DNA of 58,017 nt from an uncultured Legionellales bacterium. Its GTDB lineage: Bacteria; Pseudomonadota; Gammaproteobacteria; PIVX01. The DNA is taken from the NCBI GenBank assembly GCA_964352915.1, contig CAYGTQ010000003.1, positions 1-58,017 of the forward strand, in the 5' to 3' direction. The notes under the pieces were generated by a model. The model worked only from the letters and a program-made list of their open reading frames with translations. It had not been told where the DNA came from and ran no database searches. This document shows positions 39,817 to 49,044 of the stretch, piece by piece. How positions within the stretch are numbered: position 1 is the first letter of the stretch; every line of letters starts with the position of its first letter. Position numbers and translations under genes: made by a program.

Positions 39817-40712
39817 CTACGGCTTTATCTGGCATATCTCCTGGATATGCTTTGAAAATTCTGCGCTCGGCTCAATTTGATGAGGGTAGTGCCCACCATT
39901 TTTAATGCTCTTAAAGATACAGTATTTGTTCAGATGACATGCTGTTTTCTGTTTTTCATAGTCTACATGATGACCATTTTCAGCTGTTATCATATAAAAA
40001 GGATGAACCATCTTATCAAGCTCATACCTCACCATAAAATCAAATTTCAAAATCTCAGATACAACTGGCATAACATGATACTGAAAATTCCGTTTAATAT
40101 AGGAAATTTTATCATCCTGCGCACGCCATATGAAGCTCTTGGCTGCACAGGTAATGCTGTTACAATTGCAATATTTTCGCCAAAAATTATAAACAGGAAT
40201 AGCATACTTCAACGTAGATTGATTGGTTTTAACGTATACACCTGGCGCAAGTCATATTAATTTATCAAGATTTTTGCGGACATTCAACTTAGCCTTAAGA
40301 TAAATCATCGACCCACCACCATAAGAGTAGCCAAGCAAAGACACTTTTTCATAATTCGATGAAATTTTTGTATTTTTTTGCTTAACATCTTTTATATTTC
40401 TTTGATTATCGAATTTTGAAAATTCTTCTAAAGAGCGCCTGTTATTAGGCAACAGCAATGAGTAAATATCATAATGCACATTTAGGTTGAATTTTGATAA
40501 AAAAAAGCTGAATTTTTCAGGTGAATTGTCGTAACCATGATCAGTGCTTTCTTATGGCCATTTTTCTCAACAACAGGTTTCACCCAATGATAATGCCTTC
40601 TTCGTCTCTAACAAAAAAATCGAGCCATCCACTCAGCTTCTCAATCCAATATCATGCCCAAATATTTTAATGCTAACACAGCTGCCAACAAAAAGGTTAT
40701 GTGCTTTTTCAT
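39817..40712 (-). pseudogene. Decayed gene for a secreted alpha/beta-hydrolase (lipase/esterase-like)
   Basis: On the minus strand, the ATG at 40712 opens a signal peptide (MKKHITFLLAAVLAL) that runs into a stop. In other frames the sequence continues as GWLDFFVRDEEGIIIG, ...HGYDNSPEKF, a nucleophile elbow GYSYGG (ORF 40252-40479), and a C-terminal part with a His (GGHYPHQ, ORF 39817-40212). At least three frame disruptions are present. Confidence 0.75.
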
Positions 40713-40939
40713 TCCAATCCTATTAAAGGATTTACGCCTGATTGCAAAGTCCGTACATTTTTTATAACGGACATATCAATACATTATCTGTACTTAAAGT
40801 GTGCATCAAAAAACCACGTCTTTCTAATTAGCCAAATCACCCCCAGTTATACTGATTGACCATATGGTGAATTTTACATTGGTTGCTCTTGAAATACATT
40901 AACCTCAAAATTTATTACAACGTGATATTCATATTAAGG

Positions 40940-40966
40940 CTTGAAAAATTTAATTTTGCCCTTACG
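40940..40966 (+). promoter_or_regulatory. Putative sigma32-type heat-shock promoter of hsp20
   Basis: CTTGAAA at 40940-40946 and CCCTTACGT from 40959, with a 12-13 nt spacer. This resembles the sigma32 consensus CTTGAAA-N13-15-CCCCATNT. It lies about 35 nt upstream of the AAGGAG RBS. Confidence 0.5.
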
Positions 40967-40998
40967 TAGTTGTTAAGTAACAAAAAGGAGATCTTATT

Positions 40999-41430
40999 AT
41001 GACGCTTGTAAGCTATCAACCTAGAAGGTTATTAAAAGAAATGAATCAACTTCTTAAAGGAGAATGGCCTAATGTATATGACTCTACAAAAGAAAGCTTC
41101 TTAAGCCAATGGTCCCCTGACATGGATATCAAAGAAACTGAAAGCAAATTCATGGTATCAGTCGATTTACCAGGTCTAAAAAAGGAAGATATATCAGTCT
41201 CTGTTGAAAACCATATCCTGAGCATTGAGGGCGAGCGCCATAGTGAACACGATGAAAAAAGCGAACACCATCACCACATAGAAAGAAATTTTGGTAAATT
41301 TCGAAGGTGCATGACCCTTCCTCGCTCTGCTGATGGCTCACATGTTTCAGCAAAAATGCAAAATGGTGTGCTTTTTATTGATATAGCAAAAAAAGATATT
41401 GCTAAAAACAAAAGCATTGAAATTCAATAA
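40999..41430 (+). CDS. Small heat-shock protein, Hsp20/alpha-crystallin family
   Basis: 143 aa. Alpha-crystallin domain (VDLPGLKKEDISVSVENHILSIEGER...FGKFRRCMTLP...NGVLFIDI). Strong RBS AAGGAG. Confidence 0.93.
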   Translation: MTLVSYQPRRLLKEMNQLLKGEWPNVYDSTKESFLSQWSPDMDIKETESKFMVSVDLPGLKKEDISVSVENHILSIEGERHSEHDEKSEHHHHIERNFGKFRRCMTLPRSADGSHVSAKMQNGVLFIDIAKKDIAKNKSIEIQ

Positions 41431-41452
41431 TAATGAATCTGGCCTACTTACT

Positions 41453-41480
41453 GGTGGAAGCTTTTAGCTTCCACCTTTTG
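41453..41480 (+). terminator. Rho-independent terminator of hsp20
   Basis: GGTGGAAGCT (41453-41462), loop TTT, AGCTTCCACC (41466-41475), then TTTTG. It lies 22 nt after the stop codon. Confidence 0.85.
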
Positions 41481-41499
41481 TATACTCAAAGCTTTCTTG

Positions 41500-41796
41500 A
41501 TGGCGCCTCTGTACACAACAAAAAGCCAAAAAATCATTAACCATCTGAGTGCTCATCAAAAACATATCAAAAAATTGATATGTTTGTTAGTTAACTTTTT
41601 TTGTTTCGCTCATATATCTTGTGATCAGTCATATATGCAGCAATCTATTCATCTCAAATCTCATGTCAAACTTACTGAGGTCTATAAAGACCAATATGGT
41701 ATTTTTTCAGTGTCCGCAAATGGTCATTTTTGCTGTTTTACAGAATATAATCTTAAAAACAAACCAGACCCACTGCTATGCTGGCTGATAAATTGA
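41500..41796 (+). CDS. Doubtful small hypothetical ORF (98 aa)
   Basis: AT-rich, no clear RBS, Cys/His-rich product with no recognisable motif. It contains an 11-bp-stem AT hairpin at about 41557-41582. Confidence 0.2.
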   Translation: MAPLYTTKSQKIINHLSAHQKHIKKLICLLVNFFCFAHISCDQSYMQQSIHLKSHVKLTEVYKDQYGIFSVSANGHFCCFTEYNLKNKPDPLLCWLIN

Positions 41797-41851
41797 AAAA
41801 AATATGCATCAATATTTTTTAGTGTCCAATCAAACAGTCTTAAAAAATGAT

Positions 41852-42367
41852 CTATTGCTGCGCCACAACGCTTAACTTACGAATATGTCTGCTTTGTGCT
41901 TGAATGCCAGGAGCATTAAGACAGTCCTTCAGTAATTGGCCATCTGGAAATATCAAATCAGGCGCTATTTCAAACAAAGGAATTAACACAAAAGCACGAT
42001 CAAACATGTTGTGATGCGGTATCACCAAGGTTTCTGTTTGTAATTGTTGCTCGCCATATAAAATAATGTCACAGTCGATAATGCGAGGCCCCAGATAGGT
42101 GCTGCGCACACGCCCCTGTTTGTCTTCAATGTCTTTAAGCTGAGACAATAATTCAAAAGGAGATAATCGAGTATGAATGGCTATCACAGTATTGACAAAA
42201 TCGGCTTGTGATACGCCTCCCCAGGGTGGTGTTTGGTAAAGTGACGCTTTATGCGTGATGCTGGTGTGTGGTATTGACTGTACTGCCTCCAGTGCTGCCA
42301 ACACTTGTGATTTCGGATCGCATAAATTGCTGCCAACAGACAAATAACTTAAAGCGGCCTGAATCAT
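41852..42367 (-). CDS. folK: 2-amino-4-hydroxy-6-hydroxymethyldihydropteridine diphosphokinase
   Basis: HPPK motifs (SLYQTPPWG, GPRIIDCDIILY, IPHHNMFDRAFVL). The pcnB-folK pairing is conserved and the genes overlap by 4 nt. Confidence 0.93.
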   Translation of the reverse strand: MIQAALSYLSVGSNLCDPKSQVLAALEAVQSIPHTSITHKASLYQTPPWGGVSQADFVNTVIAIHTRLSPFELLSQLKDIEDKQGRVRSTYLGPRIIDCDIILYGEQQLQTETLVIPHHNMFDRAFVLIPLFEIAPDLIFPDGQLLKDCLNAPGIQAQSRHIRKLSVVAQQ

Positions 42368-43695
42368 GGCTCTTTACAGATAAGTGCCAGCATCTCTTCT
42401 TGTTGTTCATGCTCAACTTTTTGGAAATCTGTCCACCAATCAGCCAAATCTTGAGATGCCTCACCAATTCTTGCTCTCAAGACTAAGAAGTCATATGCAG
42501 CTCTGAATTTAGGATGGGACATTAAGCGACGAGGATGAAAACGCTCACGATTTTCAAGTTGTGACTGCATCCACCACACGTCTAAAATCATGTGTAAAAA
42601 CCGTTTGGGAATAACCGTATGCTGACGTTGGTGTTGTAATACTTGTTGCGTCGCTTCATCAAAAGCATCAACAAAACGTTGGTTGCTTAATTTTTTACTC
42701 TGCAAAAGCAAATGCATAGGATGCCACAGAAATACAATGAATAAAAAAGCAGGCGTCACAGGTTTATCGATAAGTACTCTCTCATCGGTATTTTTTAGCA
42801 TATGGCCAAGCAAAATTTCTGTGTTGAAATCCGCTTCTTTAAAACAATCTATAGTTTGAGGAAACAACCATTCTAAAAGTTTATACTCTTTAAGCAACTC
42901 AAAAGTTGCGAAAGCCTGGCCATAATGAAACATTTTTAAAACTTCATCATAAAGCCGTGCTGGAGAAACATACCCCAACAAATGCTGAAGCTGCTTGATG
43001 TGATGCTGGCTGTCATCTTCGATAGAGAAGTCAAGCTTAGCCGCAAACCGAATGGCTCTGAGCATACGCACAGGATCTTCACGGTAGCGATTTTCCGGCT
43101 GCCCCATAATACGCAGAATTTTTGCCTTCAGATCGGCAAGCCCCTGGGCATAATCAATCAATCGACTATGATTAGGATCGTAATACAGTGCATTGATGGT
43201 GAAATCACGTCGCCACACATCTTCTTCCAGTGTGCCATAAATATTGTCGCGTACAATCAAGCCTTCTTCACTGGTGTGCTGGCTCTCGGTTTCTTCCTCA
43301 GCCTGCGCTCTGAAAGTGGCCACTTCAATTATATGACGACCAAAAAATACATGTGCTAAACGAAAACGTCGCCCTATCAATCGGCAATTTGGGAACAATG
43401 ACTTGATGTCCTCAGGCAAAGCATCCGTTGCTACGTCAAAATCTTTCGGAGTTTTATCGAGCAGCAAATCACGTACGCAACCACCCACCAAGTAAGCTTG
43501 AAAACCAGCATCTTGCAACTGCTCGATGACGCGTAAGCTCTCAGAGCTGATCCGATCATGGGCAATGTGATAATCGCTGTTGGCCACGATCACCTCATCT
43601 GAGATGATTGAATGCTTATCTGTCATGTTAATACTATGAATTACCTCTAAAAATATGCTGCACATATTATCGTTTGGTTTGCATACAATGTCCAT
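42364..43695 (-). CDS. pcnB: Poly(A) polymerase I
   Basis: Nucleotidyltransferase head GGCVRDLLL...DFDVAT, RDFTINALYY, and a PcnB-type C-terminal region. The exact start is uncertain; an internal ATG occurs at MTDKHS. Confidence 0.92.
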   Translation of the reverse strand: MDIVCKPNDNMCSIFLEVIHSINMTDKHSIISDEVIVANSDYHIAHDRISSESLRVIEQLQDAGFQAYLVGGCVRDLLLDKTPKDFDVATDALPEDIKSLFPNCRLIGRRFRLAHVFFGRHIIEVATFRAQAEEETESQHTSEEGLIVRDNIYGTLEEDVWRRDFTINALYYDPNHSRLIDYAQGLADLKAKILRIMGQPENRYREDPVRMLRAIRFAAKLDFSIEDDSQHHIKQLQHLLGYVSPARLYDEVLKMFHYGQAFATFELLKEYKLLEWLFPQTIDCFKEADFNTEILLGHMLKNTDERVLIDKPVTPAFLFIVFLWHPMHLLLQSKKLSNQRFVDAFDEATQQVLQHQRQHTVIPKRFLHMILDVWWMQSQLENRERFHPRRLMSHPKFRAAYDFLVLRARIGEASQDLADWWTDFQKVEHEQQEEMLALICKEP

Positions 43696-43830
43696 GCTCA
43701 GCTCTTTTTTTTCTAATTCGACTATAACAGACCATCATGTTCTAATAAAAATCACACCATTGTGCTATACATTAAAGAGTATCTGCCTCCTTATCCTGGG
43801 CAGGCAATAACCTTTTACTTTGGAAGTGGC

Positions 43831-45027
43831 ATGTCGGATCAGCAAACCGCATTACATTGGCTGGCACAACAAGCACCACATATGCGCCAAAAATTAATCG
43901 CTTGGGCTCAGATATGCTCAGGATCTGGCCATATTCCAGGCCTCCAAGCTATGGGGGCTGCTCTGATAGAAGCATTCGATGGATTGCCTGTCACAGCGCA
44001 ACACATTGATTTAAAACCTCATCAACAACTCTCTGATCAAGGCCAATGGCAAGCCGTGCCACTGGGACAGGCACTTTACTGGCAATGTCGACCTGGAGCA
44101 CGCCAAAGGGTATTGTTGGTAGGCCATATGGATACTGTATTTGGTCCTGAGCACTCTTTTCAGAAAGTCAGTGATGAGGGAGAGATCATCAAGGGCCCAG
44201 GTGTCAGCGACATGAAAGGGGGTTTGTTGGTCATGCTGTATGCTTTGCTTGCTTGGGAGCAGCAAGCAGAACATGCCAAACTTGGCTGGGATGTGTTGAT
44301 CACACCTGATGAAGAGTTGGGTTCACCACAATCACGAGATATTTTGGCTAAACTGGGACCAGAGCACAGCATGGCATTGGTGTTTGAACCAGCTATGAAC
44401 TCAAAGGGCACTTTGGTTTCAACACGCAAGGGCAGTGGTAAATTTACACTGACGGCAAAAGGCCAGGCCGCACATGTTGGGCGTGCCTTTGCGCAAGGCG
44501 TTAATGCCATCTGCGCCATGGCACAGATGGTCAATCAAATACATAACTGGAATCGAGAGCGTTGCTCCATCATCATTAACGTGGGCACCATCCATGGAGG
44601 CGACGCAGTCAATCGAGTCGCTGATTTTTGTTTATGTCGTTTAGATGTACGTACAGATGATGAGGCAGACTGCCAATGGTTTAGAGAACGTATGCAAAAC
44701 TTGATGGATGAATTTAATCAGCAACAAGGCTTGAGTGTGGAGCTGCATGGTGATTTTGGTCGACCGGCAAAGCCTTGGACTGAAAAAACTGAAAAAGCTT
44801 TCTCTCTACTTGAAAAAGCTGGCAAAAAGCTTGGTATAACCATTGAACATCAAGCCACAGGCGGATGCTGTGACGGTAATAATTTATCAACCTGGTGTGG
44901 TGTCATTGATACACTGGGCGTATGTGGTGGTGGCATACACAGCCAGGATGAGTTTGTGCAAGCAAGCTCACTGGTCACACGTGCGCAACTGACTTTCCAA
45001 TGGCTGTGCGAATGGTCGAAGGAGTAA
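43831..45027 (+). CDS. M20 family metallopeptidase/deacylase (carboxypeptidase G2-like)
   Basis: M20 metal and catalytic motifs are present (GHMDTVF, GPGVSDMKGG, TPDEELGS, VFEPA, IHSQDEF). ATG at 43831 with GGAAG upstream; the longer GTG start at 43762 is also possible. Confidence 0.85.
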   Translation: MSDQQTALHWLAQQAPHMRQKLIAWAQICSGSGHIPGLQAMGAALIEAFDGLPVTAQHIDLKPHQQLSDQGQWQAVPLGQALYWQCRPGARQRVLLVGHMDTVFGPEHSFQKVSDEGEIIKGPGVSDMKGGLLVMLYALLAWEQQAEHAKLGWDVLITPDEELGSPQSRDILAKLGPEHSMALVFEPAMNSKGTLVSTRKGSGKFTLTAKGQAAHVGRAFAQGVNAICAMAQMVNQIHNWNRERCSIIINVGTIHGGDAVNRVADFCLCRLDVRTDDEADCQWFRERMQNLMDEFNQQQGLSVELHGDFGRPAKPWTEKTEKAFSLLEKAGKKLGITIEHQATGGCCDGNNLSTWCGVIDTLGVCGGGIHSQDEFVQASSLVTRAQLTFQWLCEWSKE

Positions 45028-45030
45028 GAT

Positions 45031-46062
45031 TTGCAACAGACACATCTTCTTTTTCGTAAAATACGAACCCATGATTTGAATGAACTGCATCAACTGTCAC
45101 AAAATTGTGGCATTGGGGTCACCACGCTACCAGATGATCGTCCGTGGCTTGAGTCACAGATTAAGCGTTCTGAGCATGCCTTTTCTCCTGAGATCACAAA
45201 ACCCCACCGTGAAAAATATCTGTTTGTTCTTGAAGATACTTTAGAAAAGAAAGTCATCGGCGTATCAGCCATTGAAGCTAATGTCGGATGGGATCTGCCT
45301 TTTTATTCTTATAAATTGGTAACACAATCGGTCATGTGTCACGAGCTTGAGCACAAACAGGAAAGGAAAATCTTGCACTTAGTCAATGATTTTCATCAAT
45401 GCACAGAAGTTTGCAGCCTGGTTCTTATGCCAGGTTATCGCCGCTATCGCATTGGCTCCTTATTATCACGTGGTCGATTTCTTTTTATGGCACAGTTTAA
45501 AGAAAGGTTTGGCACACACATATTCGCAGAGATGAGAGGTTACACCAATGCGCGGGGGCATTCTCCCTTCTGGCAGGCAGTAGGTAACCATTTTTTTCCA
45601 ATGAATTTTGTTGAAGCTTCTAATTACAGCTCAGTGACTAACAAGCAATTCATTGCTGATTTGATGCCAACTCAGCCTTTGTATGTCAAGTTGCTACCAA
45701 GCTATGCCCAAAAAGCCATCGGTCGATTGCACCCAGACACCACCCCTGCTGTTAAACTTTTGCAACGCGAAGGTTTTTATTTTGGTCACTACTTTGATAT
45801 TTTTGATGCCGGCCCTGTGCTTGAGGTGCCCATGAGTCATCTCAACACAGTGCGCCAATCTAGAGTTTGTCAGATCAATCACATCAAGCATAAATTAAGC
45901 GGGGGACTGGCTTTGGTCAGCAACAATCAACTTGATTTTAGAGCCGTGATGACCCATGTGCTGCTTAATCATAACAACGAAGTCACACTCACTGATTTGG
46001 CTGCTAAGCAATTGCAGGTATCTCAAGGAAATCAAGTTCGAGTAATGGCGGTGGTACAATGA
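45031..46062 (+). CDS. astA: Arginine N-succinyltransferase
   Basis: Collinear with AstA along its length (YLFVLED, SAIEANVG, FAEMRG...GHSPFW, FIADLMP, VHP.T-like RLHPDTTPA, FDIFDAGPVLE). TTG start. Confidence 0.9.
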   Translation: MQQTHLLFRKIRTHDLNELHQLSQNCGIGVTTLPDDRPWLESQIKRSEHAFSPEITKPHREKYLFVLEDTLEKKVIGVSAIEANVGWDLPFYSYKLVTQSVMCHELEHKQERKILHLVNDFHQCTEVCSLVLMPGYRRYRIGSLLSRGRFLFMAQFKERFGTHIFAEMRGYTNARGHSPFWQAVGNHFFPMNFVEASNYSSVTNKQFIADLMPTQPLYVKLLPSYAQKAIGRLHPDTTPAVKLLQREGFYFGHYFDIFDAGPVLEVPMSHLNTVRQSRVCQINHIKHKLSGGLALVSNNQLDFRAVMTHVLLNHNNEVTLTDLAAKQLQVSQGNQVRVMAVVQ

Positions 46063-47528
46063 AAGATTGCTGGATAGACGGTCAATGGCAGCAAGGACAG
46101 GGAACATCCATGCAATCCATCAACCCAGCCAATAACCAGTGTATCTGGCAAGGGCAGGAAGCCTCTGAACAACAAGTCATGCAAGCCACCATAAGCGCCA
46201 AAAAAGCTTTCCCTTCCTGGAGCAAGCTTGCATGGCAAGAGCGTCTAAATTACCTTGAACAATATGTTAAAGTAATAGACGCACATCAAGATGAACTTAT
46301 CACTGCCATCTGCGAGGAAAATGGCAAACCTCATTGGGAGGCTCGCTCTGAAGTTGATTTGGCTGCTAAAAAACTCGAGATTTCTCTCAAGGCTTATCAA
46401 GATAGGACTGGTGCTCATCATCAAACGAACCATGATATTATTCAGAGAACACGCCATAAGCCTTTAGGGGTGATGGCTGTACTTGGTCCTTTTAACTTTC
46501 CAACCCATTTACCTCATGGCCATATATTACCAGCGCTTCTAGCTGGCAATACTGTGGTGTTCAAACCCAGTGAACACACACCTTATGTTGGCACACTGCT
46601 TGCAAAATATTGGCAACTGGCTGGTTTGCCTGATGGTGTATTTAACTTGGTGCAGGGCGCAAAAAATACTGGCCAAGCGTTGACTACGTCGCCTGTCAAT
46701 GGTGTTTTATTTACTGGAAGCTACGAGACTGGGCGCGCCATCCACCAAGCTTTGGCAGGAGAGCCTGAAAAGCTTCTGGCGCTGGAAATGGGTGGCAACA
46801 ACCCCTTAATTGTCGTCGATATTGACGATGTGCGTGCTGCAGCATTGCAAGTGGTTTTGTCCTCTTTCATTTCAGCAGGACAACGCTGCACCTGTGCCAG
46901 ACGTTTGATTGTTATTAGAAACTCACCTGACACACCAAAACTCATAGATGAACTGATTAAAGTAAGCAGCCAACTGAAAGTTGGCTCTTATAATGACGAA
47001 CCACCCCCTTTTATGGGGCCTGTCATTTCAAGGCTTGCAGCAGAGAACCTACTTAAAACAATCCAAAACCAAGAAGGCCTTGGCGCCATCTCCTTGCTTG
47101 CTGCCAAACATTTAAAACGAGATACAGGGTTTTTATCTCCTGCCATCCTCGATGTCAGTTCGCAAAAAAACCGTATCGATCAAGAATATTTTGGTCCCGT
47201 GCTGCAAATCATCCAAGTCAATAATTTTCAGCAAGCTATTAAAGAAGCCAACAACACGAGTTTTGGGTTAGCTGCAGGCATTCTCACCAACGACAAAAAC
47301 AACTATGAAACATTCTATGAACAATCCAATGCTGGCATCGTTAATTGGAACCGTCAATTGACTGGTGCATCAAGCCTTGCGCCTTTTGGTGGTACAGGTT
47401 TTAGTGGTAATCACCGACCCAGCGCTTATTATGCTGCTGATTATTGTGCTTACCCTGTGGCCAGCATGGAATCCAGTCAACTTTTAATGCCGCAGACTTT
47501 ACCACCAGGAGTTGTCCTTGATGAGTGA
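46059..47528 (+). CDS. astD: N-succinylglutamate 5-semialdehyde dehydrogenase
   Basis: Aldehyde dehydrogenase fold (FKPSEHTP, LEMGGNNP) with the AstD-type catalytic Cys context GQRCTCARRL. The start overlaps the astA stop (ATGA). Confidence 0.88.
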   Translation: MKDCWIDGQWQQGQGTSMQSINPANNQCIWQGQEASEQQVMQATISAKKAFPSWSKLAWQERLNYLEQYVKVIDAHQDELITAICEENGKPHWEARSEVDLAAKKLEISLKAYQDRTGAHHQTNHDIIQRTRHKPLGVMAVLGPFNFPTHLPHGHILPALLAGNTVVFKPSEHTPYVGTLLAKYWQLAGLPDGVFNLVQGAKNTGQALTTSPVNGVLFTGSYETGRAIHQALAGEPEKLLALEMGGNNPLIVVDIDDVRAAALQVVLSSFISAGQRCTCARRLIVIRNSPDTPKLIDELIKVSSQLKVGSYNDEPPPFMGPVISRLAAENLLKTIQNQEGLGAISLLAAKHLKRDTGFLSPAILDVSSQKNRIDQEYFGPVLQIIQVNNFQQAIKEANNTSFGLAAGILTNDKNNYETFYEQSNAGIVNWNRQLTGASSLAPFGGTGFSGNHRPSAYYAADYCAYPVASMESSQLLMPQTLPPGVVLDE

Positions 47529-48609
47529 TATGGCGTTTCTAACACAAGCCCTATGCCCTGCTGGAGATGGTGTTTATGCTGTCACCACAGGCAGTGAGCG
47601 CAAAAGTAATCTTCAAAAAATACTTTATCAAGCCCCAGACATCAAAGTCATCGATCAATGGCAAAGACAGTTAAGGCGTATGAATGATGACCAACCTTGC
47701 CTTTTAGCCATTCCATCAGACAGCGGCGGCGGTATTCTACGAGGCGCTAACTGGGGACCTCTGTTTTTGCGTGAAGCGCTTTATGAGCAAATCTTACCTA
47801 AAACCATCCAGGACTTGGGTGATGTTCGCGTTATCCCACAACTGTTGCTGGATGAGTACATCACCCCCAGATTAACCAAGAGATGCCGACGAGCGCTTTA
47901 TGGTCAGGAGCCACCTAACTGGCCAGTCAGCCCCTTGTCCATTGCCAGAAAGGCCTGTGGGATCCTGTATCAAAAGTTGCCGAAACTTCGTCTGCTGGCT
48001 TTAGGTGGCGACCACTCTGTCAGCTACCCTCTTATAGATGCTTTTTTGCAAGCTAAAAAAAAACAAGGCATTCAAGTGGCTGTGATTCATTTTGATGCAC
48101 ATACTGACTTATTGACCGAGCGCCTGGGCATTCCTGTTAATTTTGCCACATGGGTCAGCCATTTGCTGCCTAAAATGGAGCATCGTGATTGCTGGATCCA
48201 ACTTGGGATCCGTGCCAGTGGCCAATCACAGGAACACTGGCAAAACACGTTTGGTATACAACAATTCTGGGCTCACGATATACGTCATCAAATTATGCCT
48301 GATCTGGAACAACAAATTATCAACCACCTTAAAAAACGTGAAATACAAGAGATCTACATCACTTTTGATATCGATGCACTGGATTCCGAGATCGCAAGCG
48401 CCACAGGCACTCCTGAAAAACATGGTTTAAGTGTTGAGTTTTGCACTCAACTGATTGAAGCTCTTGGTAAACATTTTGCCATCACAGCTGCTGATCTCGT
48501 AGAAGTGGCACCTTTGAGCCACCCGAACACGGCAGCTTGCAATAATAATCACACCATTGATGCTGCTTGCAAGATTTTAAAAAGCCTGCTCTCTAATGGA
48601 CTTAAGTGA
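47521..48609 (+). CDS. Arginase/agmatinase/formiminoglutamase-family ureohydrolase
   Basis: All Mn-binding motifs are present (LGGDHSVSYP, HFDAHTDL, ITFDIDALD). The ATG at 47521 overlaps the astD stop by 8 nt. Confidence 0.85.
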   Translation: MSDMAFLTQALCPAGDGVYAVTTGSERKSNLQKILYQAPDIKVIDQWQRQLRRMNDDQPCLLAIPSDSGGGILRGANWGPLFLREALYEQILPKTIQDLGDVRVIPQLLLDEYITPRLTKRCRRALYGQEPPNWPVSPLSIARKACGILYQKLPKLRLLALGGDHSVSYPLIDAFLQAKKKQGIQVAVIHFDAHTDLLTERLGIPVNFATWVSHLLPKMEHRDCWIQLGIRASGQSQEHWQNTFGIQQFWAHDIRHQIMPDLEQQIINHLKKREIQEIYITFDIDALDSEIASATGTPEKHGLSVEFCTQLIEALGKHFAITAADLVEVAPLSHPNTAACNNNHTIDAACKILKSLLSNGLK

Positions 48610-48629
48610 ATCACTCTACATTGTTGTGC

Positions 48630-48645
48630 CTGCTCAGAATGAAGC
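48630..48645. repeat. Left copy of a 16-nt direct repeat CTGCTCAGAA(T/C)GAAGC
   Basis: 15 of 16 positions match 50377-50392 in the same orientation. The two copies bracket the orphan gene 49045-50163. Confidence 0.6.
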
Positions 48646-49044
48646 ACCTCTTGCAACACCCATAATGTTTTTCAATGCAATCTATAAAAATGAAGTTCAT
48701 GGCTTGTATAAGTCAAATGTTTAGAAATTCTTATCCTATCCTAAAATAGTCTTTTTCGGGAAGGAGGGGACTTAAACACTTTTTTTGTTTGTTTTAAAAC
48801 AGCACTCTGTAAAAGGGTACTCGACCTAGAGGCAGATATTTTAACTTGACCCAGGTGCCAAAAAAAGCATAACTGCCTTTTGCGGGCACTTAGATGATCA
48901 GCGTATAAGTCATCGTGCCCCAATGACTCCAACGCTCCAATGTCTCCAGTGCAGATCATACACTTTATATGTGAAATTAATCTGGCAAATAATATCTTTT
49001 TTAATTTATACAGCACCTCGTGAGCTGACAACAGACAAGAAAAA

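Noticed and set aside
39877-40260. 127-aa ORF on the plus strand.
   Set aside because: It is antisense to the alpha/beta-hydrolase remnant. The minus-strand frames carry the recognisable hydrolase motifs.
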